Shown here: positions 24,405 to 36,939 of the stretch, piece after piece | Position numbering within the stretch: position 1 is the stretch's first letter | How the letters are laid out: each line of letters starts with the position of its first letter | NCBI GenBank assembly: GCA_965645245.1 | Contig: OZ287068.1 | Coordinates: forward strand, 2,232,001 to 2,296,000 | Direction: 5' to 3' | DNA from: Massalongia carnosa | Taxonomy: Eukaryota | DNA: 64,000 nt | Position numbers and translations under genes: made by a program | The notes under the pieces: generated by a model | What the model saw: the letters and a program-made list of their open reading frames with translations, nothing else | Database searches by the model: none | Told to the model about the DNA's origin: nothing

Positions 24405-26597
24405 ATCATCGCCGTCGGGCACTGCCGTCGGGCATCATCTATCGGATCGTTGAGCGTCAGCAGACGCCTCGGGCCTAGAAGATGAGGTTCTCACCTCAGC
24501 ACCGACCCCGAGTCACGTGCCTAGGCCTGCCCGGGCTGACCTGTGTCGTTCCCATGCCCAATCAAATTCAAGCATTCAAATCAATTCATCCAATTAAAAG
24601 CCCCCCCAGCGCAAGCGAAGGTAACGGCACCGATAAGGGTCATAGAACGAGACATAAGTATGCAGAAATGATGGACGAAGATATGCACAAATAAGTCCCG
24701 AGTTCATGCTAGATAGCCCGAGTGCCACGTAGTCCAAATGCCTTGTTTAAGCATTCTATGGAGCTTCATTGGCCTATAGCACTTAAAGCAGAAAGTTATA
24801 GAGCTGTAATTGGTTGGTTCAGTCACTTCACCTATGATTGACCCCCCGATATCGCACGATCATCGGGCTACAGATATCTAGTCGCTCGTTTTTATCGCCG
24901 TAATCATGTCTTCTTTCTTGGATTAGCAAGGCTTTTATCGGGTAGCCGATGCTCAATGGACTTTTCCTCGTGCGTGCCATTTAACTGTGCGGTCGCAATA
25001 TTCCAAATGACCCCCAAATGACCCCCTTCAATTAATTACAGTTCTTGGGGGTCATCGTGACAGCGCCAGAAGCAAAATTACGTGTATATTACTGTAATTG
25101 ACCCCCAAATAACCAGGGTCATCTCAGTAATTTGCCGTATCTTATAACGTGGAATGCATGTTTTTAACAGCAGAATCTCAAGACGATCATGATTTGAAGA
25201 TTTTCATTGAATTAGCTCAAAGATTCTTCTGAATCAGGAGTGCTTTAAACAGTGTAATATTTGGTCGACGTGATCTCAAGTTTTTATTTATGTTAGAGTC
25301 GAGTGCAAATAAAACATTTTCTTCGGTCAAGCTATCAGCTATCTAGAACAAACCTGAGGCTAAATGTGGCTGCATCAACAACTCTAAGCAAAACATCTTT
25401 TCTTCATACCAGTACAAAAAAGCAAACATTCACGAACTAAGCCCGTCCTTATCTTCGTCCTCGGCCTCGGTGACCTCCATTTCATCCATGATAGCGCCAA
25501 ATTCCTCCATCTCTAGATTATTCGCTGATCCCTTTCTCAGGCATTTTACCCGAGCTAGTTTCAATTTTAAATGATATGGCTTAATGTTTTGATATTTTGC
25601 CATTTGAGGAAATGTATTGTTAAAACTCTAGAAGAGAGGTTCTGCCTTCGGCTCTAGGTGCGTCTAAGTACAATTTCGTCTTGAACAGCTAAATTTTAAA
25701 AAATATACTTTTTTCATATCAATATGTAAATTCCATCAAGTTCTCGTATTCCTTGTCACTTAGCTTTAATCCAATAGGGCCCTCGAGGCATTGCACCCTT
25801 CTTTGAAGACTCGTGGAACATCAAAGTTTTGGCTGCCCATGGAAAGACTGTCTCAGCATCATGATGATCATATTGCTGTGCAAAGGCTTTGAATAGCCTG
25901 CTCGAGTCATGCTCGGATTCCAGCAGCCTTAGGTTGTCTCTCATGATAGCAGACTGTATGTAGTCCTAAAAACAATCAGAAGTCGAGTATAAACGCTAAT
26001 AGCAAACTACATACTTTCATACACGCTAGAGAGCGATGTTTCCACGTTGAAACGTTGGATTGCACCTTGGTGACCCCTTCCTGAAATAAATATCTTCCTC
26101 ATCCACATCTTCTCTTATTGCATTTCGAACGATATGCGCTATTTGATCTGCGTTCAACTTTTCATAACGAAGCGCAAATGGCCGCAAAGAAGCCTTCATT
26201 CGCATGACTATTAGTTTCCATTCGGAGGTAATGGCCTGTCTTCTCCGCGTCTTTTTGATAGATATTTCTGCCGTTGTTGATCCTGATTGTGTTTCGGCTC
26301 GCGTAAAAGGTTTAAGGACCTCTTCATTTGACGATGATTCGTTCATGATTGTATTTGTGATATCAGCATTAATGATAGTGCAATTCGAAAGAAAGCGCAA
26401 AGCAGTAAAAGACGAATGCTAATGTTCTGAAATAGTGTGCTAAAGCCCTAAGAACTAAAATATCAACGCACAAGTGATTCTTCATGAGAATACCTCACCT
26501 GCGCACAGAATTAAACTCAGTTATGAGACACAATGCCTCGTCGCGAATATCAGGATGATGCGACGGAGACTATGATGCTCGACGAAGGTCATGTTTT

Positions 26598-29500
26598 GTG
26601 AAAGAGAAGAAAGCATTAATCGTCGACACTGCTTCAACCGTTCCAGCAGTAAGCCTTCTTCATATCAGTCTGAATAAACCCGACCTTGATAATTTCAGTT
26701 TTCAGGATCCTCCTCTTGTGGAAAAGACATTGATTGTTTCAGCATCCACTGTTCAGAGCAGTGTCCCACGGGTCAACTCACTGCCTTTCATAAGTCAACC
26801 GATAGACTTCCCTGGCCACGGGTCTACGCAAGCCGGTTCTTCATACCAACACAATTCTGTACATATTCATGAGAAGCAAAAGCAGATCCAGAGTTCAGAA
26901 CGAATGACAATGGCGCATAAGAAGCGAACCATAGAGAGTCTCAATAAAATCCAACCATCGTCTAACCAAGTTCCTGAACAACACGTTCAAGACAATATGC
27001 CAGCCGATATAGAGACGGCATTCGATCAAAATAGTAATTATGAGCGGGAAACTGATGAAGAGTTTCAAAACGTTCATACTCGGCCTGCTTCAATCGCTGA
27101 TACATCGGCCTTTGCTGTCAGCTTAATTTCTTCAAATGCTATCATGACATTGCCATCCAATCAACTCACGGAATTTGATATAGAAAGCACAGACACCGGT
27201 GAGTCTTTCAACGAGTTTGCCCCTTCTGCTCCTGAAAGCACGATTGATGATGAGATCCGGGTGCCCTCCCGCCCAGTACGAGGAGAAATATCGGATTTCT
27301 GCCTGGCTCTCGGTCTCTGGTGTGATAAAGAAGGCATCAAGCGACGCACCTATGATGGCCTACTCGAAGTTTTGCAATTGCTAGACACTCATGAAGTGCG
27401 AAATTTGCCAAAGCGACTATCAACTCTGCACTCCTGGTGCCGTAAGCGCCTTCCCCTTCCATCCATTCAGAAGGCAGCGGTATCAGTACGACGAGAAAAC
27501 AACCCACCGGAACACCAAGATCGGCTCAAACCAACGTCTATTACTTTGATGCTCGAATTATTATCAGTATCTTACTTTCAGCCACAACTCAACGAAACAT
27601 TCATATCGGTATGACAGAGATCGTTGATAGTCCTTCGGAATACTGGCATTCAAACAGTTGGGGTTCTTCTATTCGTACACGTTCCACTGATTTTGCGAGA
27701 TTTCCCGATTCATCCCCTATTTTCCCCTCTGACATTGTGCAGTATCGCTGTGGCAATGCTAAATGTGGGATTATTCATGACAGTAACTGCGGACAGGTCA
27801 TATTTTTTGGACGTGATCAAAGATCGCGATCTTTGACCCTAGGTCAAACTCTTGTCAGGATTCGTCCTTTGATAAGTAGAAAGAACGTCAACGAATATTC
27901 AGTTCCGGTCACGTTTGACAGGCCCGAAGATCAGTTGCTTTTGATAGAAGACGCGGATCAAGATGTCTTATCCGAGCATGTTCTAGCTCGCCGTTTCGAT
28001 GTTGCAATTTTTAGGAATGATCAGGTACGGTCTACAACGCCTGTCTTAATTCGTCAGATATTCAACGTCACGCGAGGAGATCTTAGATCAATCAATCTTT
28101 CATCATCCATTCGAGCGGAATTCGAATTAGAAGTCTTTGGTCGAGAGTACCTAATCTCACAGCTAATTAAAGGAGTTCAGTCATATCCCTTTGTCATTTT
28201 TATCGACGATTTCGGGTTATATCGAAACATGAATCGTTCCATCACTGGTGTCTATGCCATGCCAGCAGGCTTTCCCGCTTCGGAACGTCAAAAGAGTTTT
28301 AATGCTTACACCATTGCTCTTGACCCGCACCGATCCGAGTTTAACGATGTGATGAACTGTCTTCATACCAGTTTGGGAAACATGGATCGTGATTTCATTC
28401 TTGAATCAATGGACAGAAATAAGCGGCTTGGGCCCCGATTCTAGCATATCTTGGTGATATGAAGCAGCAGCAAGCCTCCGGAGGGTTTCTTGGGCCACGT
28501 GCCAACTATTGTTGTCGCTTTTGTGATGCGGGCCTCCATAATCGAGGAGATTTGCAGCGGGATATTCTACTTCATGGTCGTTATCATCATGAGGTGTTGG
28601 CTATACGAAAAAAAAGCCTAGTAATAAAAGGAAAGACAAAGAGACTGGCATATCTTACACGAAATGGGCTCAAACCCGAATCTTCTGCGCTTCAGACATT
28701 AACCCCGGCGCTTGATTTTATCATGAGTTGTCCACCGGATCCGGCTCATAGCGAGTATTACGGACTAGTACGAAGATTATACCCTTTTCTTTACACGAAA
28801 ATACTCACGAAACGAACTGCTGAAGAGTTTACAGCTGCCTTGCACTGTTTTCCGTTTCCACCTGGCTGGGGCCGAATACAGTCTCCGGCTATTCATATGG
28901 CCTCATGGAGTATGAGCGAATGCGCTCGTGCCTCAGTCGTAATACCTCTACTTCTTCGCTGTTGGTTAAGAAATCGTCATGTACGACAGCCTTTTCGAAA
29001 TAGATTGAAAGTTCAGTTTACTCAAGAACGTCGCCATTGCGCTTCAGATGAAGATTTGATAGTGTTTTGCTTTGGGGAACTCGCATGGAGTAACACGTTA
29101 ATCTCGTCTTTCGAATTATCCCTCAAAGATCGTCAAGAATTTCACAGTCAAATCGTCAATGCTCGACAATGTTTTCTAGGTCTGGTGAATGCAGCACAAA
29201 ATCCAAACCGACAAGAAAAGAAGAAAGACAACGAGAAAAGTGAGTCTGTCATTGAGGAGTTATCTTTCAGTTCTAGACGAGCATCGATTTCTGAAACATC
29301 CATAAAGTCCCTTATTGGTGATACAGACACTCCATTTGAAGAGGCGTCCGTTGGTAATCTTGTGTCAGATCCCGACACGAGACTTTCTGCATCAGTGACT
29401 ACTCGGAATGGCGAGGCCGATAAGCTGCCAAACTTTCATATCGGTATGCATTTCGAAAGATTCATGCAGGAGTATGGTGTTCTGTGGAACGTTAATGTTC

Positions 29501-30180
29501 TCTTTGGAGAAGACAAACATCGCTTTTTTAAGCAAGCCGTATTGTCAACAAATCATCGAAAGCCAGAGCGACAGCTTTTAGTGAAAGCCGCTATCATCTT
29601 CACTGTCGTCGCTCTTTTGAATGGCTCATTTCGTCTACCGATCCGGAGATCACTCTGCAAATGATTCGTTTGAAGCGGAACTGCCCGGCTCTCCTAAAAA
29701 GTCTATTATTTCACGGGGATCGCCCACAAACAGACGATCAGGAGTCGACAATTGACTGTCTATTAGAATCTCCCTCACATTTAAAACCTGCAGTGTGGGG
29801 AAAGTTCAAACTTTCCTATGCACAAAATCAAGGTCTTCCTATCAGAATAATCAACTCCACAGAGCTCCGATTTAGGCAACTGATGCAGACTGCTATGATC
29901 GGGTATGGCCCTAATGGCGTTCAATGGGGAAACAAGCATTTGTACTGGTATGAAAAATGCTCCTTTACTGTCAGGTCAACCGGCAAACGTTTCTCATTGC
30001 ATATTGGCGACTTTCTTCGACTCCGCTCTGGCACATATGCTCAGCTTCGACAAATTTATACTCACTGTCTATCATTTGAGAATATTCAGTGAGTGTTCCT
30101 TTGGATTCGACTGCTAAAGACCGCTTCCTATAAAGACGAGGTCCTAAATTTGAGCATCTTTCAACTGACAGACACGGATA
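26598..30180 (+). pseudogene. Frameshifted CMC/CACTA-like DDE transposase; 3' end resumes at ~33460-33630 after nested insertions
   Basis: Consecutive ORFs with IFIDDFGLYRN, YLGDMKQQ..ANYCCRFC, PPDPAHSEYYG and LPNFHIGMHF...YG....NVLFGEDKHRFFK. This D..D-CxxC..DxxH..H..E layout resembles CMC-type transposases. Superfamily assignment is by pattern only. Confidence 0.6.
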
Positions 30181-30191
30181 TTGAATGTTCA

Positions 30192-31521
30192 AGGTTGGGT
30201 GACATTGGTCCGTGCCCCCCCCCTAAATTTCGAAAAACAGTCACAAAACAACAACAAAACATCTTCATTTCTACCATTTTTTTGCGTTACCTTCTCTATC
30301 TTTACATTGCTTTATACGAGAAGGCATTGTAGCTACCAAACTGTCAATTTCCTCTTGTTTTACCTCGTTCCATTCGTGCTGAACGGCCTTCTTCATGTCA
30401 TCCAGAGTAGTGATAACCATGTCATAACTTCCGATTCGTTGCTTGATTATCCTCCAAACATTCTCGATTATGTTGAGATCTGGTGAGCATGGAGGCCATG
30501 CTCCATCATTAAACAAAGGAATTTTGAATGAGTCTTTCAGTTGTGAAAGATTTCGCTTTCCAAACCCCAAACCATGGGCTCGATTTCCATCCTCCTGAAA
30601 GAGAATTTCACCGAACTCTCGGGCATGAAGGGAATGCTCCGTACGTTCATAAGGAGAAATATAATTGCTCTCCTGAAAGTACGGAGAAACGACAGGTAGT
30701 AGCACCTGTTTTATATAGTCTTCTTTGGTCATTCCCCCCCTGGCCCCGGAGAGATTCTGCAAAAACACCAGTTTTGATTTATACCCCCACCCCACCATTC
30801 CCCATACTGAAAACGACGTTCTACCACTCCGAAAACGAGTCTGAATGCAATCAAGACAGTATCGTTCATCCGCCTTGCGAAGAATCTGATCCTTTTTATG
30901 TTTGCCCGTGTAAAACGTGCTCTCATCACTGAATCGAAGTCGTTTCCAGGCATGCGTCCAGTTCTCGAACTTAACAGAGAAAGCGAGTCGAATTTTTCGA
31001 TTCTTTTCATTGATGAAAGGTTTCGGGCATGCAGTGCATTTGCGATAGCCCAATTGAGCTAAACGTCGTGCGAGAGTTCGAGGATGAATTGGTAAATTGT
31101 GATGTTTGCATAACTGAGCAAATGACATACGTCTTCCAGAGTATTTCTCCTTTAGCACCCAATTGAGCACCTTTTTGATTTCCCAATCGGAGACTTTTCG
31201 TGCTTTTCCAGCCCGTTCAGCACCTTTTCTTCTGACTGTGTTTCCAATATCGCGCTGTTTTCGCCATTTACGAAGAGTGTCCCGATGCACCCCTGTGACG
31301 GCATGAATTCTATGTAGTGATTGCCCTGCGTCCATGCGACCGTAGCATTGATTTTTAATGGGCGTACCCAATTCTAAACCATGATAGCCACCTCGTTTAC
31401 GGGGACTTCGAAAACTGCGTGTAATAGCCATGTGATTGACGAATGATCAATGTAAAATGGTGGTAGAAGGGGCAGTTTTTCGAAATTTAGGGGGGGGGCA
31501 CGGACCAATGTCACCCAACCT
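30192..31521 (-). mobile_element. Tc1/IS630-like transposon with an intact 386-aa transposase (30271-31431)
   Basis: ~45-bp TIR AGGTTGGGTGACATTGGTCCGTGCCCCCCCCTAAATTTCGAAAA at both ends. Motifs FSDES, QEDGN and WPPCSPDLNIIENVW. Confidence 0.92.
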
Positions 31522-31716
31522 GGTTCCTGCATTGCCTAGCCGATAGATTAGATAAGATCAGATCTAATCTAATCGCATAGAGGCTCGGATAAACTATTAT
31601 CATCTCGCTTAGCAGAGGTGACCAAGCAAAAAAAAATGGCAACGTGTAAGCGAGCTTACCCCACTAAATTTTACCCCTTTTTATCAACATTTCACCTTTA
31701 CATTGCGATAACCAGT

Positions 31717-31868
31717 CAATTGAAAGCTATTTACTCAATTGAAAAGCTATTTACTCAATTGAAAGCTATTTACTCAATTGAAAGCTATTTACTCAATTGA
31801 AAGCTATTTACTCAATTGAAAGCTATTACTCAATTGAAAGCTATTTACACAATTGAAAGCTATTTACA
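31717..31868 (+). repeat. Minisatellite: 8 copies of ~19-bp CAATTGAAAGCTATTTACT
   Basis: Directly visible head-to-tail units with single-base indels, immediately 3' of the Tc1 ORF stop codon. Confidence 0.95.
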
Positions 31869-31873
31869 TCAAA

Positions 31874-32980
31874 TTAATGACCAGTCATGGCCCCCTCAGC
31901 TGAGATGACGTCCTTTAGCCGTTGAGGCATTGATCGTACTCTCTCATTAATAAACTCCTGACTGACTGTCGCCCAGCCCTCACAAATCAATGCTTTTAAG
32001 CTCGCTTCGTCCCAATGAGGATACTTTTTAATATGCTGCTTTGTGGGCTGCCAGCAGTTTTCAATAGGAGCCAAATCAGGTGAAGAAGAGCAGTTGAAAT
32101 AATGCTCTAAACGATGATCCTCCTTCCATTTCTTGACTGCGTTTCTCGTCCTGCCTGTGCCATGCCCGGAATCACCATCTTCTTCGAGCTCAAAATCATC
32201 CCCTCGCTCTAGCCACGGCTTGACAACGGGCTCAAGTATTGAGTTAATGTATACTTGATGCGTCATCTTGCCATTGCTGTTGCCCGGCACTTCGTAGAAT
32301 ATAATATCCGACTTGAAGTTGTAGCCTACAGCCGCCCAACAATGCAGTCTCTTTCGATCTTTCTCCGCTGGCGCATCACGATGTTGTATACAATCCCATC
32401 TATAGCGTGTGCCTGGCTGACGTATGATGCGTAATTTGCCCTCGGGCCCGTAGGAGAAATGAACTTCGTCACTAAATCGTACTCGATACCAATCTTCTGG
32501 TTTAGGATATTTGGCCAGCATTATATGAGCGTATTCCACCCGTTTTTGCATAGGAGGGTCGGCCAGCCATCCTTTGACGCAGGCTAGACATTTCTCGTAA
32601 CTCAATGCAGCACGTAGCACGTAATGCATTGTACGACCCACAACATCTGCTCCAACTTCCATCGCAACTTGTTCCCATGTCAAGCGTTTTCCTTCGAGTT
32701 GTAGCTCATCTTCCTGAAGCAGCCGATCAGCCTCTCGTACTTGCTCGCCTGTGATTTTTGATCGTCTTCCTCGCGTTTCTATAAGCTCTGTATGATGACG
32801 AGTACGTGTCGAAGCTCCTTTGCGAATAATTCTGTAGCCAGCTCGTTCCGAAACGCCATACTTCTTGAAAAGATTTCGTGGATCATGTACGATGCCTTCA
32901 TCAAGAAGATATTCATGAATTCCTTGAAGTTTAGCTCGAATGGGAGTATCGTAGTGAGTTGCACGTTGCTTACGAGGCAT
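31874..32980 (-). mobile_element. Tc1/IS630-like transposase, intact 368-aa ORF; matching TIR pair not found
   Basis: Motifs RFSDEVHF, HCWAAVG, EEDGDSGH and SPDLAPIENCW. Confidence 0.85.
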
Positions 32981-34364
32981 GTTGGTGTGGATGGTTGATG
33001 AAAAGGGGGGGATGTAAGACCCTCTCGCAGGCCTTGGGCTGTGAACAGACTCCCTCTATCTAAGCGACAGAAGAACTGGAGTGGGTGGGTGGGAAAGAAA
33101 ACGTTGCAAACAGTGCTATCAAAATGCTATGCTTTTTGATTGTCTTGAGATGTGAGATGATGAGGGATACCGTCTGGGACCTCCTCTTTATATATCTTCT
33201 TCCTATTCTCCTTGTCCTACTCTACCATCCCAGTATGCCCCATCAACGCGGCCCATAGCAAGGCATACACAAATCCGAAACCTAACTGTCGTCCGAAGGA
33301 TCGATGCGGTGCTAAGATCTCTATGCCGTGCTGAGACATCCTTATGGTGCTGAGACATCTATGCCGTCCGAGAGATCCATGCGGTGCCGAAATCAAAGCG
33401 GGAGCTGTCTCGATTAACGACGCACTAGCTCTCAGCATAGCCGAACTAGATAGAGTGATCCCGTTATTCTTTGTTGATCCAGATAAGATCTACATTGTTC
33501 CTGTTAATCGTACGCTCAATGAGCCAGTATCCTCACATTTCGTCGTGTCGACAATAAGTTCAAACAGTAACAAAGAATCAGATATGGATTTGTTAACTTT
33601 TTGTAAAAAAAATAGTTATGACGACTGAACTGATGTTGTGTGAATTTAGGACAACACTTTCGCTAGCCCCAAAGATCAACGTTGATCTTCATTTCACTTA
33701 ATCTATCCTCTTTCATCTTTACCTTTCTTCTCATCCGTCATTGAATTATTCTTTCAATCCTGTTGCTCATTCCTTCTTCATCTGAGTACTACTATCGATC
33801 TCTTCTCGATCATCAATTCTTAAACTGGTATGATCGCCTGACTTGATTTTGAGATACAACCTCATCACACATTACACTATCACAGGTTTCAGCCTCTACT
33901 TATCCACATCATGAAAGAAAATGTTTATTCCTATGATATCTTCATCTAAAGCTTTTAATTTACCTTTTTTCAGGCGATCTCGATCACGCCTAGAAAAACG
34001 AGGAGAGCAGTAAAGAAGGATATAGATAAGAAGATGACGAATGAGAACTTGAAATCTCATGCCAAGTTTTTCAAGAATGAGCCATATCGAGAAGAAGAAG
34101 CAGCGAAGTCCCAATGAGTACATAAAGCTCACGCCCGATGGGCTTATCCTTCATATCGATATGAATCTGAGGAGCAAATAAAAGCTAATGTATGAATGCA
34201 GGAAATTTGTTCAAGCCATAAAAGATTGAAAGGGCAAGAAGACGGAGAAACCACAAATCACAGCTATTCAGAAAGCTGGAGCCGATAATTTCTCACACAT
34301 CATAGCACCATTATGACATTTAACTCTCGCGAGTGCCTTCCTTCTTCTCAGTAGACTCGACCGC

Positions 34365-35610
34365 ATGCTTCGAAAAATAGGTCATAACACCTTGGTCAAC
34401 GATATCAACCGATTTCAAGCAAAAGGCGTGACTGCTCATCATATCATTAATCTTGTGAAACGAGAAGGAGACTCTGATGTTACTACTGGTTCGGAAAAAC
34501 TCAAATTTCTGACCTACGGTGCTCCCACCATGAGATACATACTATATCAAATTCATACTTATGTGTACCTCATACCATTACGGATAAGCCACGAAAGCTG
34601 TTTATTACAGGAGATGTATCACTCAACGCATTTTTCTGGGATAGTGTGTGTAATTTTGCATACGTGGAGACCGAAGTGTTAAACGCTGGATTGACGGATT
34701 TAGAGCGCGTAAATCTTGTCAAAAGATTCAACGATCCTAAAGATTCCTTGCTAATTTTGATAATAATGTATCAGGTGTCGGCACAAGGAGTAAATCTGGA
34801 TCGATGTTGTTGTCGGGTTTTAGTGGCAACGCCAGTCATCAATGCACCTTCAGAAATTCAGGCTTGGTCTCGAGTAATTCGGGTATGTTATCTGAAAAGA
34901 GCGTGAAATTCCTTCGTATCGATACGAAAGACTAATCGTTGCATTTTCTTGCAGGTTTCTCAAACCGAACCGGTGTTGGTTGTTCGAGTTGTGACAAAGA
35001 ACTCACATGATCAATACCGAGACTCTAAGCAAACAGACAAGGCCGTGGTGGACTTAGCCACTCGATCCTTTTCGTCAGAGGTGCAGAACCTGCTTGTCGA
35101 CTTATTGAATGAGTCGAATAAATACGTCAAAGAGGCACACGAGAGTCAGAGAGGACACGAGATTCTGAAGGAAATGAATTTTCTTCCCACAGAGGATTCA
35201 AATAATCCGATGAATGTTGAGTTTGACGAGAGACCGGCGGTAGATTAGCTATCACGGTGCAAGATTCAATGGACATTGATCTCGAAAGTACAGTCACGAA
35301 TCCTGCATCCCGAAAATGTCAGAGACCTGACAGATTCGCGGATACAATGCTGCAAGATGACGAAGAATTCGAGGTGACATCGGATGATAGTGATGCTTTT
35401 CAAAGTGATGAAGACGGAGATGAGATAACTGCCTTGAAAGATATTGTTTTGGAGACGACAATGATCAAGAAGTTGAGACAAAATTACAGCAAACTAACTT
35501 CAATCGAGCAGGAGCAATACAATCAAGATGAAATGAACTTGCGACACTTGTTGAGCTTGTCACCGACAAGAATCTACACTGTCGAGGACTTAAGAGGTTG
35601 AAATACTTGA
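34365..35610 (+). pseudogene. Fragmented SNF2-like helicase C-terminal domain with an acidic tail
   Basis: ERVNLVKRFNDP..ILIIMYQVSAQGVNL...SEIQAWSRVIR|VSQTEPVLVVR resembles helicase motifs V/VI (GxNL, QAxxRxxRxGQ). GT-AG intron at ~34883-34954. Confidence 0.6.
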
Positions 35611-36939
35611 TCGAGCGTTGAGGCTACTCTTTCATGCTCGGTTTGATCAAGATCAGCAATATATGAGGTTAGTCCTCACGTCACTTACGATAAATTATCA
35701 AGCAAAGTGTCGAATGCCATCAAAGCTAAATTGCGGGTGGAAGAACAACATGTCAAGCAATGTTTCAGCATATTCAATGCTGCTGAAGTTTTGTGAGAGT
35801 TCTTCCCATTCTGCTGAAAATGATGATGCAACTACAGCTAGTAGACGATAGAGAACATAGAGTCATGCCAAAGCAGACTCTCTTGGAGAAGGTTGTTTCC
35901 GAGAAAGCTATTTCCGAGATGGACGTCTCCAAGAAGGACGTCTCTGAGAAGGACGTTTCCGAGGAGGCCGTTTTAGAGATCTTCTCTGGAATCTCCTCAG
36001 GCGAGAAGGGTTTGTCAGGTCAGAACAGCTGAGTTTTGCCGACACTCTCCATCATAAATTCGGTGATTGATCTATCGCATTCAAACTTGTATGAAAGAAC
36101 TGAGACTAATTTATTTACTGCGTCAGGCTGCCCTTTCTTCTACATGGTCGCTTGATACGTTGTGTTCTCTGCGCATATTGCAATTCAAGCTAACAGTCTT
36201 ATTTTTCAGGTCTTCCAAGGCACGTCTCTTATCTGCCTTGTTTCATCGGTTTCATACATGTTGTGAGAGGAGGTAAGGGAATGACTCGATGAAGCCATTG
36301 AAGACTAGATCGTGCGAGACAGCAACGAGAACGGGAAACATGGCATGAGGATGATAGCATTCATAGAGCTGTAAATTAGAAGCTGTCACTAAATCAATAA
36401 CTTGTTTCCCTAATCATCATTTGGGCGAATACAGCATGTGAACTCGAATTTAACTCAGCTGTAACGAGGTTGCATGGACATGATATCTCTTTTATAGGAT
36501 TGTTTTCTGATCGTTTTATCCGGAATACGATCTTGAAGGTCTTAAGATCTTGTCAAAACTGAGACGATCTTTAAATCATTTTCAGATGCTCTTTAATGGA
36601 AAGCACTGGCTCAAACATCAATTTTCACCCATGGCAATGTCGGTCTGAGGGCAGATGGTGGAATTGATATGAAAACATAAGTGGATCAGCTAGCTGAATC
36701 TCAATAATGAGATATCGAGTACAACGATTCCATTCCATTATCATAAGTCCAGCAAAAGCAACAAGTAGGCAAAGCTTTGAATAGACGCCTACTCCACCAC
36801 ATTTTTTTTAAAAAATATCGTCGTCTTTCTATCACGTAATTACTCTAGAGGAATAGATTCCGTTGGCTCTAAGAAAGGAATAACATTACGCGTCCGAAGT
36901 CTTTGCTCGGTTGTTTCCCGACGCTGGTGATTCTAAAGA

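Larger units (their letters stand above)
20320..24648 (+). mobile_element. Tyrosine-recombinase retrotransposon (DIRS/Ngaro order), inserted just upstream of the MULE transposase start; boundaries approximate
   Basis: Gene order gag - RT/RNase H - tyrosine recombinase. Outer ends GTTCTATG / CATAGAAC are inverted. No obvious TSD, as expected for YR elements. Confidence 0.88.
16912..25137 (-). mobile_element. Mutator-like element (MULE) with ~190 bp TIRs and 9-bp TSD TATCTTATA
   Basis: CGGCAAATTACTGAGATGA... / ...TCATCTCAGTAATTTGCCG, with TATCTTATA at 16903-16911 and 25138-25146. Confidence 0.93.

Noticed and set aside
31717..31868. Repeats containing ATTGAAAG, like a CRISPR repeat 3' end
   Set aside because: Units are head-to-tail with no unique spacers, no cas genes are present and the context is eukaryotic; this is a minisatellite.
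35884..35980. 15-bp repeats encoding SEKDV-like pentapeptides
   Set aside because: Low-complexity tract within a degenerate TE region; no functional support.
36636..36680. Possible hammerhead ribozyme in the LINE 5' UTR (CTGAGGG...GAAA)
   Set aside because: The core does not match CUGANGA and supporting stems were not convincing.
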